DNA of 64,000 nt from Candidatus Thorarchaeota archaeon (GCA_029858305.1 JAOUFI010000001.1:64039-128038); one strand, 5' to 3'. Shown: positions 22,079 to 32,608, numbered from the stretch's first letter. A program made the numbers and translations. The notes: generated by a model from the sequence alone, not told the origin.

Positions 22079-23506
22079 ATGAAAGTGGTCCAGAAGCATG
22101 ATGCGCGGAGTGACAACAGCTTGGACAAAAATCCATTGGATGATAAGGCAGATATTCCGGCCTTTAATGAAGATTTGGACCACATGGATATTCAAGAGGG
22201 GCATGAACCGCAGGATGGACTTAGAGCCTCTCTGACAGCTATTTTTTCATGGAAGAATTATAGAATTTATTTGATTACTGGATGGGTCTTCAATGCGTTC
22301 TCGTATCTCACCACATTCTTCAATCTCTATCTTTGGGATATAATTCCAAACCTAATATTCATTGGTGCTATAGGATCAATTACTTCTGCAGTAGCCACTA
22401 TTGCTCGTTTCTTCGGAGGTTATGTTGGTGATACTGTAAATCGAAAAAGCCTCTCTGTTATTTCATTTCTTTTGATGGGAATCTATTATCTGATGATTGG
22501 AATATTCATTGATCCTGTTTTCATCTTCATGGCGCTCATAGTTTATTCCTCAGTAGATCTCACCAAAAGTGGCTCGACAGCATACATTATGGATAATATG
22601 CCACAAGAACACAGTGGTCTTGCACTCTCATTATTTACAGCTGGGAGAGCGCTCTCCATTATCACACTTGCAGTCTTTGCTTTTCTCTACCCGTTTGTTG
22701 AGTTTGAGGCATATAGACAGCTCCACCTAGTAGGAGGTGTCCTACTCCTTGTCTGTACAATAGCCCGAGCGGCGTATCTTAAGAGCATCCCATCGAAAAA
22801 GAGAGAAACTGGAACGAAGTTATGGAGGTCATTTATACAAGACAATAGCAGAGCACTAAGGATTCTATTGAGAATGGTGCCAGGAATGGTAGTGGTATGT
22901 GTTCTAGACGCAATTAGTGATTCATTCTTCAATCTTGGTTCGCTTATCTATATGTATGACGTACTGTTCATTGATGTTCAATCAATAACTATCATGCTGA
23001 TAGTTACCCTAACGATACAAGTCCCACTCCTTCTAAAGATAGGACGCCTTTCTGACAAAAAGGGAGTAAAATCAATTGCGCTTCTTGTGTATACTGCAAT
23101 GCCAATTTCTGCAGCCCTCATGATTCTAGCCTACTGGTTTCCTAATTGGGCGCCATCGTCATTTGTAGATAGTGCCAACTTGATGATACCAGGACTTGGA
23201 GTGATTTTCAATTTCTCATTTCTTGCTGTTGTCCTGAAGTATGTAAATGATACCCTTTGGTATACTATTATGCTTGTTCTAATCCGAAAAAGGATGCCTG
23301 GGCAGGACACCTCAAAGATACTTGCTATGTTCTGGTTTGTCATCTACCTTGCATCATCATTTGGGCCATTCATTGGAGGGATGCTATCGGAAGTAACAAG
23401 TATCCTGAATCTCTTTGTAGTTGTACTAATACTGAACCTTCTGATTCTTGGAGCAATTGCACGATACGACCTCACCGAAAAAGGACAACAAGTTCCTAAT
23501 GATTGA
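22079..23506 (+). CDS. MFS-type transporter with an acidic N-terminal extension
   Basis: 475 aa. About 12 hydrophobic helices follow a 60-aa acidic cytoplasmic head. Confidence 0.75.
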   Translation: MKVVQKHDARSDNSLDKNPLDDKADIPAFNEDLDHMDIQEGHEPQDGLRASLTAIFSWKNYRIYLITGWVFNAFSYLTTFFNLYLWDIIPNLIFIGAIGSITSAVATIARFFGGYVGDTVNRKSLSVISFLLMGIYYLMIGIFIDPVFIFMALIVYSSVDLTKSGSTAYIMDNMPQEHSGLALSLFTAGRALSIITLAVFAFLYPFVEFEAYRQLHLVGGVLLLVCTIARAAYLKSIPSKKRETGTKLWRSFIQDNSRALRILLRMVPGMVVVCVLDAISDSFFNLGSLIYMYDVLFIDVQSITIMLIVTLTIQVPLLLKIGRLSDKKGVKSIALLVYTAMPISAALMILAYWFPNWAPSSFVDSANLMIPGLGVIFNFSFLAVVLKYVNDTLWYTIMLVLIRKRMPGQDTSKILAMFWFVIYLASSFGPFIGGMLSEVTSILNLFVVVLILNLLILGAIARYDLTEKGQQVPND

Positions 23507-23568
23507 CAAAGAATCTGTAATAGTTCAATGACACTAGTTTTTTAGAATAGACACACATACTTAGCAAT

Positions 23569-24231
23569 ATGAAAGGAAAGACCATACAAGATGATAAGAA
23601 AAGGATTCAAGAAATTCTTCATAGACTTAGTAACGCATACCAAGATGCTCCACCGACATACTTGTATTTCAACAATCCGTTTGAGATGGTCATTGCAACC
23701 ATTCTTTCTGCACGTGCCACAGATGCCGGTGTAAATAAGATTACGCCCGTGTTATTTGGAAAATATCCAAACTCAGTGAAAATGGCAAAAGGAGATGTAG
23801 AAGACCTTGCTCAAATTATCCGCTCTTGTGGAGCGTATAATCGGAAAGCTGCTTATATCAAGAAAACTGCAGAAATGATTTCTGAAAACTTCGGAGGAAA
23901 TGTGCCCAATACTCTTGATGATCTTATTACTCTACCAGGAGTGAGCAGGAAGACTGCGAATGTGGTTCTCCAGACTGTATTTGGAATCGCAGAGGGTGTC
24001 ATTGTTGACACTCATATAATGAGAGTCACCATTAGACTTGGTTTTAGTCAATATGATAAAAAACCAGACAAAATAGAGAAGGACCTCATGCAGCTTCTTC
24101 CAAGAGATAGATGGATTGACTACGCTCGCCTTATTGGAGCCCATGGTAGACAGACTTGCAAAGCCTCTCACCCAAAATGCTCAACATGCACAATCAACAA
24201 ACTATGCCCCTCATCAGAGATAGAGAACTGA
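23569..24231 (+). CDS. nth: endonuclease III (DNA glycosylase/AP lyase)
   Basis: HhH LPGVSRKTANVVL and VDTH. The 4Fe-4S loop is CKASHPKCSTCTINKLC (C-x6-C-x2-C-x5-C). Confidence 0.9.
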   Translation: MKGKTIQDDKKRIQEILHRLSNAYQDAPPTYLYFNNPFEMVIATILSARATDAGVNKITPVLFGKYPNSVKMAKGDVEDLAQIIRSCGAYNRKAAYIKKTAEMISENFGGNVPNTLDDLITLPGVSRKTANVVLQTVFGIAEGVIVDTHIMRVTIRLGFSQYDKKPDKIEKDLMQLLPRDRWIDYARLIGAHGRQTCKASHPKCSTCTINKLCPSSEIEN

Positions 24232-24293
24232 GTGTTATCGAAAGACGTTATAAGAGAATTTAATTGAACCCAGAACTGAGTTGCGTGAATACA

Positions 24294-25394
24294 ATGAGGA
24301 TTGGTATGGTGAGCAAGTTTGGTGCACCAGACGGGCTATGTATTAGGGCCAATGCAGTCCTCACAGGTTTGATTAAACGAAATCATGAGGTACATGCGTT
24401 CACTCAATCAAAGATAGTACATGGTCTTCCTATTGAGAGAGTGCACAGGTATAGGGCAATCCAGTTGAATCCACATTTTTCGATCGATTCTGTTACAGCC
24501 CCACGGACTATTGCAAAGCTGTGCCAAGAAAACAAAATCGAAGTCCTTCACATTCAAATGAACTCAGGAAGCACCGAGTTTTTATTGCCATATTTTAAGA
24601 AATCTTTGCCGCCCCTTGTCGTTACATACCATCTTGCCTATGCTGCGGGTGGATCGATATATACGACCCTGTTTGGCATAGCATGGAAAGCCTCCTTGTT
24701 CGCGAGTAGAAAATACAATCAAGTCATTCTAGTTGATCCTTCCCAAGAACCATACTTTCTTGAAAGCGGTTTTTCGGAGGATAGCGTATCAGTGATAAGA
24801 AATGGAGTTGATATAGACCTCTTTAAGCCAGATAGTACTAAGATGATTGATGATGGTATCGTCGATTTTGTGTACGTTGGTCGTCTTAGCTATGATAAGG
24901 GGGTTCATCTATTATTAGCTGCTTTTCAAGAGTATCATGCTGAGAATCCTAAAACCAGACTCACTCTCATCGGTGATGGCATGCTAAAGCACCAGATTAA
25001 CGGGTGCGTAGATGATGGTTCACTCTCTTGGCTAGGAGCAATTGAGCACGATGATATTCCAGCAGTCCTTCAGAGAATGGATGCATTTGTAATCCCGCAG
25101 AATATTGGAGGGCTTGGTTTGAGCGTTCTAGAAGCAATGGGTTGTGGGCTTCCAGTGATAACAACTGCTATTGGCGAAACGATTAAACTACTAGGAAAGG
25201 ATGAGGGAATCTTGGTCGAGCCTGATAATGTCGAAGCTATTGTCGAGGCAATGAGAATTCTTGCAGGGGACAAGAAGTTAAGACAGAGAATGGGTATGCG
25301 CTGCAGAAAAAAGGTTGAGGAAAAATACTCTTGGCAGAGTCAAATAGGTCAAATTGAGGAAGTATATAGAAAAGCCATCGAAAGAGCAAGGTGA
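24294..25394 (+). CDS. glycosyltransferase, GT4 family (GT-B fold)
   Basis: C-terminal GGLGLSVLEAMGCGLPVITTAIGE block (E-x7-E type). The track start is a TTG at 24264; the ATG at 24294 (MRIGMVSKF) is more likely. Confidence 0.85.
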   Translation: MRIGMVSKFGAPDGLCIRANAVLTGLIKRNHEVHAFTQSKIVHGLPIERVHRYRAIQLNPHFSIDSVTAPRTIAKLCQENKIEVLHIQMNSGSTEFLLPYFKKSLPPLVVTYHLAYAAGGSIYTTLFGIAWKASLFASRKYNQVILVDPSQEPYFLESGFSEDSVSVIRNGVDIDLFKPDSTKMIDDGIVDFVYVGRLSYDKGVHLLLAAFQEYHAENPKTRLTLIGDGMLKHQINGCVDDGSLSWLGAIEHDDIPAVLQRMDAFVIPQNIGGLGLSVLEAMGCGLPVITTAIGETIKLLGKDEGILVEPDNVEAIVEAMRILAGDKKLRQRMGMRCRKKVEEKYSWQSQIGQIEEVYRKAIERAR

Positions 25395-25476
25395 AAAAGT
25401 CGAGTTAATAGAGAAAACAACTTATGAGGAAAGAAACTCTGTTTGATTCAGCTAATTGATGCAGGAGAGAATATTA

Positions 25477-26769
25477 ATGCTAGATGTTCGATTCATCCGT
25501 GAGAACATAGACCTTATTCGATTGAACCTAGAAAGACGTAGAGATAAGGTCAAACTTCAGGAATTTGAGAGTTTTCTTAAACTTGATGATAGAATAAGAG
25601 CGCTTCAGAAGGAAATACAGAGTCTCAGAACACAACGAAATAGGCTTTCAAAGGAAGTGGGTCAACGGAAAAAATCTGGACAAGACGACTCAGAACTTGT
25701 GAAACAAGCAAACCAAGTGAACAAGAGAATCTCTGAAGTTGAACGTGAAACTGGAGAATTGCAGTCTGAACTCAAGAGAATACAGATGAGTATTCCCAAT
25801 ATACTTCATGAAAGTGTCCCATATGGTGTGGATGATCAAGATAATGAAGTTGTGAAAGAATGGGGCGGAAAGCCGGAATTTGATTTCAAGGTTCATAGCC
25901 ATGTGGACTTACTTGAATCGCTTGATATTGGAGACCTTCCAAGAGCAGCCAAAGTGGCAGGTTCTAGATTTTATTATCTTAAGAATGAACTTGTAATACT
26001 CGATCTTGCAATGCAGCAGATGGCATTGAACATGTTATTGAAGAAGAGATATTCTCTTGTATATCCACCATTCATGATGAGGCGGGAGCCATATGAAGGA
26101 GTGACGGATCTAGCTGATTTTGAAGATGTGATGTATAAAATCGAAGGAGAGGATCTGTATCTAATCGCAACATCTGAACACCCAATGGCCGCGATGTATA
26201 TGGGTGAGATTTTCGAACCTGCAGAACTCCCAATCAAACTAGCAGGAGTCAGTGCATGCTTTAGAAAGGAAGCAGGTTCCCATGGCAAGGATACAAAGGG
26301 AATCTTCAGAGTGCACCAGTTCAATAAGGTTGAACAATTCGTCTTTAGCCACCCAGACGAATCTTGGGATACTCACGAAGAGTTGATTCGAAATGAGGAG
26401 GAATATGTGCAGGCGCTCAAACTTCCATATCGCATTGTGAATTCATGTACAGGCGATATTGGTATTGTTGCCGCAAAGAAATATGATCTTGAATACTGGT
26501 TCCCGGGTCAACAAACATACCGTGAAGGTGGATCCTGCAGTAACTGCACAGCATATCAAGCCACACGTCTGAACATCAAATTTAGGATTAAGAAAGGGGG
26601 AACGGAGAAGGCTTTCGTGCATACTTTGAATAGTACTCTAATGGCTAATCCCAGAACATTGGTCGCTATTCTAGAGGTCTATCAACAAGAAGATGGTAGT
26701 GTTAAGATTCCTACTGCTCTCCACAAATATCTTCCTTCTGGAATGCGGGAGATAATTCCAAGAAAGTAG
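25477..26769 (+). CDS. serS: seryl-tRNA synthetase
   Basis: MLDVRFIRENIDL start, a coiled-coil arm, and class II motifs FRKEAGSHGKDTKGIFRVHQFNKVE and GGSCSNCTAYQATRLNI. The track start at 25456 is an upstream TTG. Confidence 0.93.
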   Translation: MLDVRFIRENIDLIRLNLERRRDKVKLQEFESFLKLDDRIRALQKEIQSLRTQRNRLSKEVGQRKKSGQDDSELVKQANQVNKRISEVERETGELQSELKRIQMSIPNILHESVPYGVDDQDNEVVKEWGGKPEFDFKVHSHVDLLESLDIGDLPRAAKVAGSRFYYLKNELVILDLAMQQMALNMLLKKRYSLVYPPFMMRREPYEGVTDLADFEDVMYKIEGEDLYLIATSEHPMAAMYMGEIFEPAELPIKLAGVSACFRKEAGSHGKDTKGIFRVHQFNKVEQFVFSHPDESWDTHEELIRNEEEYVQALKLPYRIVNSCTGDIGIVAAKKYDLEYWFPGQQTYREGGSCSNCTAYQATRLNIKFRIKKGGTEKAFVHTLNSTLMANPRTLVAILEVYQQEDGSVKIPTALHKYLPSGMREIIPRK

Positions 26770-26778
26770 CCTGATAAT

Positions 26779-28008
26779 TCACATGCCACCTTCCATACTC
26801 ATCTTGATTGCGTCATCAATTGATTTCTGAAGTGCCGGTGGAAGATCGGGAACTTTCAATTTCACAAAACCTCGTATAATGAGTGAAGTGGCCTCATCTT
26901 CATTTAACCCGCGACTCATGAGATAACTAAGTTGCTCAGCTCCGACCTTACCAACAGTAGCCTCATGACTTAACTCTGAGCCTTCTGCGCGAGCTGCAAG
27001 CATGGGTACTGCTCTAATCACTGCAGTGTTGCTGACTAAGAGTCCATCACATTCCAATCTACCTCTTGTTTCTCCAGAGAGTCCAATCAAATCTCCCCGA
27101 GCGATGATTTCGCACTCATCGGTCGCAATTGACCGTGATATTACCTTTCCATTGGACTTTGGAGCCTCAAGACTCAAGAGCCCACCAACATCATACTTCG
27201 AGCTTTTACTCCCATAAACAACCGAATACAAGTCAGTTTTAGCGCCAGGTCCGACTAGTCGGACCTTGGGAAAGGTCTGTATGGACTTGAGTGGACTTAG
27301 TATCGCATAACTTGAGATGAATGTGCCATTTTCCTCAACAATTGTTGCGGATCGGGGTCGTACATCTATCTTCTCACTCCATCGATGGACCATAGTAAAA
27401 GTGAGTCGAGCTTTCTTTTTGACATAGAACTCTGAAATCCCCAGATGAAGCGATTTTTCTACATTGGCTGGTGTGGCACACCCCGTGATGATATGAAGTT
27501 CAGAGCCCTCCTCAGCTATGATAATATTGTGAACATTCTGAACAGATTGGTTCTTCTTCATTAATAGACAACTCTGAACTGGCATCTCGATTCTAGATCC
27601 AGCAGTCGCCCGAATAAAATAGCCACTGTAATTTTCTAGCTCACTTCTTGCTGTGTACTTATCAGTGTCAACTTGGACTGCATTCCAGAGGTAATCATGT
27701 AGCCACTCGTATTTCTTGAGAGCCAGATCTGTGGGCATGACCTCAAGACCTTCTTGTTGAATTAATACATCTGCAAGAATACTCTCGTTATCGAACTGCA
27801 TGAAAGATCCTGAAACTCTCTTTTGTGAAGGATCAAATCCTACCTCTCGAACCAATGTGCGGTCCTGTTTCGAAATATTGTCAAGGGATTCCAAGTCACT
27901 AGGGTGGGAGGTGGAATATTCATACTCCTCAAGATTAATATCATCACCATATGGAGCCGTCTTTTCCCGTGCAGAACGTGCGCGTTTCTTAGTATTTCCA
28001 GATGGCAT
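26779..28008 (-). CDS. Fe-S cluster assembly scaffold protein, SufB/SufD family
   Basis: 409 aa with the beta-helix repeat pattern and the C-terminal block LSYLMSRGLNEDEATSLIIRGF typical of SufB/SufD. It lies directly downstream of sufC. Confidence 0.8.
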   Translation of the reverse strand: MPSGNTKKRARSAREKTAPYGDDINLEEYEYSTSHPSDLESLDNISKQDRTLVREVGFDPSQKRVSGSFMQFDNESILADVLIQQEGLEVMPTDLALKKYEWLHDYLWNAVQVDTDKYTARSELENYSGYFIRATAGSRIEMPVQSCLLMKKNQSVQNVHNIIIAEEGSELHIITGCATPANVEKSLHLGISEFYVKKKARLTFTMVHRWSEKIDVRPRSATIVEENGTFISSYAILSPLKSIQTFPKVRLVGPGAKTDLYSVVYGSKSSKYDVGGLLSLEAPKSNGKVISRSIATDECEIIARGDLIGLSGETRGRLECDGLLVSNTAVIRAVPMLAARAEGSELSHEATVGKVGAEQLSYLMSRGLNEDEATSLIIRGFVKLKVPDLPPALQKSIDDAIKMSMEGGM

Positions 28009-28020
28009 GAATGAACCTCC

Positions 28021-28803
28021 TCATCCAGCTATTTCAGCAAAAAAGCGTTCGTACCCTTTCTCCTCCAAAATAGGAATGTCACTCATATCACCAGTGTAGA
28101 CTAGTCTTCCACGTTGTAGAATGTAGATCTTATCCACCTCTAAAAACTCTAAGACATAACGATGATGGCTTATTATTACAAGTGTAGCATCACGCTTCTC
28201 TCTTATTGCCTTTAGTTCTCTTCCAACAATCTTGAGTGAATCGTAATCAAGACCACTATCAGGCTCATCAAGGAACATGATCTTGGGCCTCATTGAGAGG
28301 ACTTGAAAGAGCTCACTCCTCTTGGACTCACCACCTGAAAAGCCATCATTGAGTTCACGATTAGCCAGATTTCTGATCCCGAGTCTCTCAAAATCGTCGT
28401 ACAGGATTTGTTTGCATGCACACGAGTCCCCCATGAGCATTTCATCCTCATCCTTACATTGGTAGTCAGGACATACTCTGCAGATGAAATCATCAAGTTT
28501 GACACCAGGTATTCGCGGAGGAGTTTGGAAAGCGTAGGCAATTCCCATCCGTGCACGTTCGGTGATTGATTTGTGCAGAATCGATTTGCCATTGAATAAA
28601 ATATCACCACCTGAAATCTTGTACTCTGGTAAGCCCATAATTGCCTTAGCCAACGTAGATTTACCTGAAGCATTGGGACCAAGGATTGCGTATACCTGTC
28701 CAGCACTGAAAGTAAGGTCTACACCACTAAGAATTGGTATACCACTCACTTCAACCCGCAAGTCTTTAGTTTCGAGAAGGAAATCAGTATTCATCGGAAT
28801 CAA
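28021..28803 (-). CDS. sufC: Fe-S cluster assembly ATPase SufC
   Basis: Walker A GPNASGKST, Q-loop AFQ, signature NDGFSGGESKR and Walker B IMFLDEPDSGLD. It carries an unusual Cys cluster (see findings). Confidence 0.9.
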   Translation of the reverse strand: MIPMNTDFLLETKDLRVEVSGIPILSGVDLTFSAGQVYAILGPNASGKSTLAKAIMGLPEYKISGGDILFNGKSILHKSITERARMGIAYAFQTPPRIPGVKLDDFICRVCPDYQCKDEDEMLMGDSCACKQILYDDFERLGIRNLANRELNDGFSGGESKRSELFQVLSMRPKIMFLDEPDSGLDYDSLKIVGRELKAIREKRDATLVIISHHRYVLEFLEVDKIYILQRGRLVYTGDMSDIPILEEKGYERFFAEIAG

Positions 28804-28865
28804 CGTCTTCTGTAGTTAAACTCAATATCGACAAAGGTAGCCTCCGCCTATAATATCATGCGCTT

Positions 28866-29294
28866 CTATCGTGTATATGTACCCATTGTTTGAGCTAATG
28901 CAATCTTATGCTTCTCGCATAATTCTCTAAAACAGTTCTTATCCACGTTCTCCAAAGCTGGTACTTTTAGAGCATAGAGTGAGAAAATATATCGATGAGT
29001 ACCATAGGGCGGGGCAGGTCCGCCCCAATCAACAATCCCGAAGTCATTTTCAACCTGAATTCCAGGAATCGGTTCATCAGGTGTAATCTCATGAACGCCA
29101 GATGGAATGCCATGCAGCAGCCAATGAATCCAGTCGCCAACTGGAGCGTCGGGATCATTACAGATGAGACTAAAACTCCTTGTTTCTGAGGGTATATCAT
29201 CCCACGCAAGATGAGGTCGTTTATTCTCATGTCGATATGAGCACTTGTCAGGAATTGGTTGACCTTCTGTAAAATCATTACTCCATAGTCGCAT
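28866..29294 (-). CDS. YbhB/YbcL-family PEBP (Raf kinase inhibitor-like) protein
   Basis: NDPDAPVGDWIHWLL and GPAPPYGTHRYIFSLYAL motifs. Confidence 0.85.
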   Translation of the reverse strand: MRLWSNDFTEGQPIPDKCSYRHENKRPHLAWDDIPSETRSFSLICNDPDAPVGDWIHWLLHGIPSGVHEITPDEPIPGIQVENDFGIVDWGGPAPPYGTHRYIFSLYALKVPALENVDKNCFRELCEKHKIALAQTMGTYTR

Positions 29295-29457
29295 GAAACA
29301 TCAACTCAACGTATACTGATTTATAATGTCAGTAAACACACTTCTATATTTTCATGAACCCATTTTTAATCCAAATGATGAAGATGGCAATAGATGGTTT
29401 GGTCTGCGAACATTAGGCTTAAAACGAACTTAATGATTCCACTTTTGAGGCATATCG

Positions 29458-29928
29458 TTGACTAATGTACAAAAGACATTCGAAAGACTTGTTTCCCTCG
29501 CAATTCAGAGAGAGGAGGAAGCTTATGAGTTTTATATGAAGGCCGCTGAAGAATCAGAATTCAAGGCATCAGCGAAGCTACTCCAAGATTTGGCAAATCA
29601 AGAGGTCACGCACAAGGAAAAACTACAGACTGCTCTAAAAGCTGGTGTTTGTGAAACATTCAGTTGTGAAACAAAAAAAGAATTAGATGATATGGACCTG
29701 AACCAGTATTTAATTGATATTCCACTGCTACCATCTTCTACACCCCAAGACGTCCTTATTGTGGCAATCAAGAAAGAGTCTTCTGCCCATAGTTTCTACA
29801 AAGCTCTATCGGAGCTCACAGGGAGTGGACAACACCGAACCGTATTTGAAACCCTTGCAAAGGAAGAGGAGAGCCACAAGAACAGACTTCAACATATGTA
29901 TGATGACATTTTCCAGCCGGATATGTAA
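29458..29928 (+). CDS. ferritin-like / rubrerythrin-domain diiron protein
   Basis: Two E...E-x-x-H type helices (EEEAYEFY...EVTHKE; KESSAHSFY...EEESHKNRL). TTG start. Confidence 0.65.
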   Translation: MTNVQKTFERLVSLAIQREEEAYEFYMKAAEESEFKASAKLLQDLANQEVTHKEKLQTALKAGVCETFSCETKKELDDMDLNQYLIDIPLLPSSTPQDVLIVAIKKESSAHSFYKALSELTGSGQHRTVFETLAKEEESHKNRLQHMYDDIFQPDM

Positions 29929-29978
29929 AGAGAGTCATTCAGACTAGTGTTTACTCGTCTGCGTTTCAAGAGTCATCA

Positions 29979-31259
29979 CTAGATCATATGGAGATTAGGG
30001 GCTGCTAGGAAGGTTAGCCCTCGCTTTGTTAGCTCCTCGGCTGTTCGGTTTAATGATTGATGCTTATCGAGATAGTTTTGTAGATGTAGGGGCATATGCC
30101 CTGCTTCAACGATGTCTTCCTTTGTTCGGAAATAATCAAGGATATCACTTTGATATTCCCGTGCAGCTTCTGCCTTAGGAGTACCGCCTTCATGTTTTGC
30201 ACTGATGTTCTTCACATGGTCTGCCAATTCAAGAAGTTCGGGAAGTCTGTCATATGGTTGCCGGACAATGGACTTGTAGGTTTCCGTAATGTGATGCTCA
30301 ATGCGTACCACGTCTTCGAAATCAAAGGCTTTTCTAATCTGGGCTGCAAACTCGATGGTTTCATTATTGACACTATTCGAGAGATTAAAACCAATTAGAG
30401 GGCTGGTCCCATCGTCACGGCTAAAGAGTTTTGCAGTCATTAGGGTCCATAAGCATGCAAATGGGTTGTCATTACCCATGAATACGGAAATCTTGAACTC
30501 CATGTCGATTCCTAGCTTATACATCATATAACCCACTAGTACACTCCCGGGATTGATATTGAGCACCTGTTTTACACCATATGTTGTATAATAATGCAGG
30601 AATTCATCGGCCCATTTCAAAGGAAACTCATTAGGCATTCCAACGCCACCAAAATAGCCTGTGATTGTCGAGGGGCCACCAAGATGGACATTGACTGGAG
30701 CTCCATCAGGACCAGGGTATGTGCCCTTAGTGTCAAGTGTTTCAACATATGAAGAACCAAATACTTGCATAGCAGCGGCAAATGCAATGACATCATTGTC
30801 AGCAGTTTGTTCAGACATTTTCCGAACCCTGATGAAGCGACCTGGCATTAACTCACCTTTCGCAATAGCTTGTTTGGTTTCTGCCATCAGCCATGGAAAA
30901 TACTGACATGCACTAATCTCAAGAGTGACAGCAAAACTCTCATCGAATTTCATTGAACTTGCCTTATCACCAAGTACTCTCTTTCGATATTCAGGAATAG
31001 AAATGAAGACATGATTATCACGTTGATCTTGTAACCATAGAAGATCATCGACATATGGAGACTTCTTTGCCTCGAGCATCGCCATCAGGTTATCGAGCCT
31101 TCTTGCCTCCTCTGCTTTTCTGTTGATTTTGTTAATTCCCCCGTATTTATCAATCAACGCGAGAAGGTCAGTCACAAGCTGATTATCATCACTGAGTAAG
31201 AAATCATTGATTTCACTCAGTCGATTATTATCAATTCTTAGCTTTTTCCTATCAGTCAT
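29979..31259 (-). CDS. hypothetical 426-aa soluble protein, family not recognised
   Basis: Long ORF with normal composition and no TM segments. I recognise no motif. Confidence 0.6.
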   Translation of the reverse strand: MTDRKKLRIDNNRLSEINDFLLSDDNQLVTDLLALIDKYGGINKINRKAEEARRLDNLMAMLEAKKSPYVDDLLWLQDQRDNHVFISIPEYRKRVLGDKASSMKFDESFAVTLEISACQYFPWLMAETKQAIAKGELMPGRFIRVRKMSEQTADNDVIAFAAAMQVFGSSYVETLDTKGTYPGPDGAPVNVHLGGPSTITGYFGGVGMPNEFPLKWADEFLHYYTTYGVKQVLNINPGSVLVGYMMYKLGIDMEFKISVFMGNDNPFACLWTLMTAKLFSRDDGTSPLIGFNLSNSVNNETIEFAAQIRKAFDFEDVVRIEHHITETYKSIVRQPYDRLPELLELADHVKNISAKHEGGTPKAEAAREYQSDILDYFRTKEDIVEAGHMPLHLQNYLDKHQSLNRTAEELTKRGLTFLAAPNLHMI

Positions 31260-31406
31260 AGCTTTATGCCTTCCATCCAGTTCTGAGTGTTACGTAGAGC
31301 CCGATTGTACGGATTTTAGGGTGAAGCAGGTCCTAAAAAACCGTTCTGACCACCGCCATCTGACGCTCAAACTGCGGGATGCTCTTGGGAGAAGCAACTT
31401 AAATGT

Positions 31407-31997
31407 TCAAGACTCTTGGATTTCAGATTCCGACAGAACTTCTCCGCCATAGGTCATGTCGCGCAAATACGATCGAATAACAGGACCAATGGTCAATGTA
31501 ACTATAGACCCAATAATGACCTGAATTGAATTGACAGTTACCAACTCTGCCAAGGCTGCTCCAAACGAGTATTCAAGTATGAACATTTCTCCAAGTAAAT
31601 ATCCTAGCATCATGGCGGAAGAAGCGAGAATAACACCGGCAATATCCAACATACGGATACGAGTTTCTTTGAATGTCTTTGCACTAAAAAGACCAACAAA
31701 CATACCTTCCAACCCCTTTGCTATGAGAGTAATTGGAGCATACTGAGGCGCGACGATTAGATCTGCAAGTGCAGAACCTCCACCTCCAACAATGAACCCT
31801 CCAAGTGGACCTAGAATAAATCCACTAATCATTACTAATACGTCGCCAAGGTTGAAATATCCCGCTGTGGTTGGAAACGGGACCATAAGTATTATTGTTG
31901 CAACCATAGTTAAAGCAGTGAGAATGCCTATTAATGAGATATACACGGTCGTATTTTGATGTGCTGGACGGAAATATTCCACTGAACTCGCCTCCAT
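31407..31997 (-). CDS. ECF-transporter S (substrate-capture) component-like membrane protein
   Basis: 196 aa, 5-6 TM helices, with the Gly-rich block GDVLVMISGFILGPLGGFIVGGGGSALADL typical of ECF S components. Confidence 0.65.
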   Translation of the reverse strand: MEASSVEYFRPAHQNTTVYISLIGILTALTMVATIILMVPFPTTAGYFNLGDVLVMISGFILGPLGGFIVGGGGSALADLIVAPQYAPITLIAKGLEGMFVGLFSAKTFKETRIRMLDIAGVILASSAMMLGYLLGEMFILEYSFGAALAELVTVNSIQVIIGSIVTLTIGPVIRSYLRDMTYGGEVLSESEIQES

Positions 31998-32146
31998 TAC
32001 AGATACTCTGTTGGCGATTTTTCAGGGCAGGATGTATACATATAACCTTGAGCCTGCCATAGGAGAAGTGTTTTAACAAGAGTTACGTATTGGGAATGGT
32101 GGGTAGTTGAATATACTCCCATTTCTCTATATGAGAGGTAGGAAAA

Positions 32147-32527
32147 ATGAGCAAGAAATGGATACAAACTGCGGATTGGAAGAGTGAGAAACATATTCCT
32201 GCAATTGAAATCTCAAAAATTGAAAAGGGTCGGGTATATGTGAAAGTATCTGTTGGAAAGGAAATCCCACATCCTAATACAACAGCTCATCACATCAAGT
32301 GGATTGACCTATTCTTCTGGCCAGAGGATGAAAAATTTCCCTGTGAGATTGGTTACGTGAGTTTTGACACACATGGGGAATCCGTTCAAGGACCAGATAC
32401 AGGTTCTATTCACTCTGAGCCAATAACAAAGTTCGTCTTCACAACTAAAAAGTCAGGAACTCTGATGGCTACCGCCTATTGTAACATACATGGACTTTGG
32501 AAGAGCGAGGAAGAGCTCAAAATCTAA
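32147..32527 (+). CDS. sor: superoxide reductase (neelaredoxin-type, single domain)
   Basis: EKHIPAIE, HPNTTAHHIKWI and CNIHGLW. These provide the four-His-plus-Cys iron ligand pattern. Confidence 0.88.
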   Translation: MSKKWIQTADWKSEKHIPAIEISKIEKGRVYVKVSVGKEIPHPNTTAHHIKWIDLFFWPEDEKFPCEIGYVSFDTHGESVQGPDTGSIHSEPITKFVFTTKKSGTLMATAYCNIHGLWKSEEELKI

Positions 32528-32553
32528 ATCTATCAATACAACAAGTACAGGTT

Positions 32554-32600
32554 GGAGTCTGCCTGCAGAGTTGTAGCCAGACCTCCTCCATACTGTTTTT
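32554..32600 (+). terminator. hairpin plus T-run downstream of sor
   Basis: GGAGTCTG (32554-32561) pairs with CAGAC(C)TCC (32578-32586). It is followed by TGTTTTT. Confidence 0.4.
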
Positions 32601-32608
32601 CACTTTTG

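Noticed and set aside
28290-28706. 138-aa minus-strand ORF in another frame of sufC
   Set aside because: It is fully embedded in sufC, which has all the ABC ATPase motifs in its own frame.
31998-32146. Riboswitch (TPP, FMN or preQ1) in front of the ECF S-component gene
   Set aside because: Only a 6-bp GGCAGG/CCTGCC helix is visible. The hallmark CTGAGA/ACCTGA (TPP) and FMN-type conserved blocks are not present.
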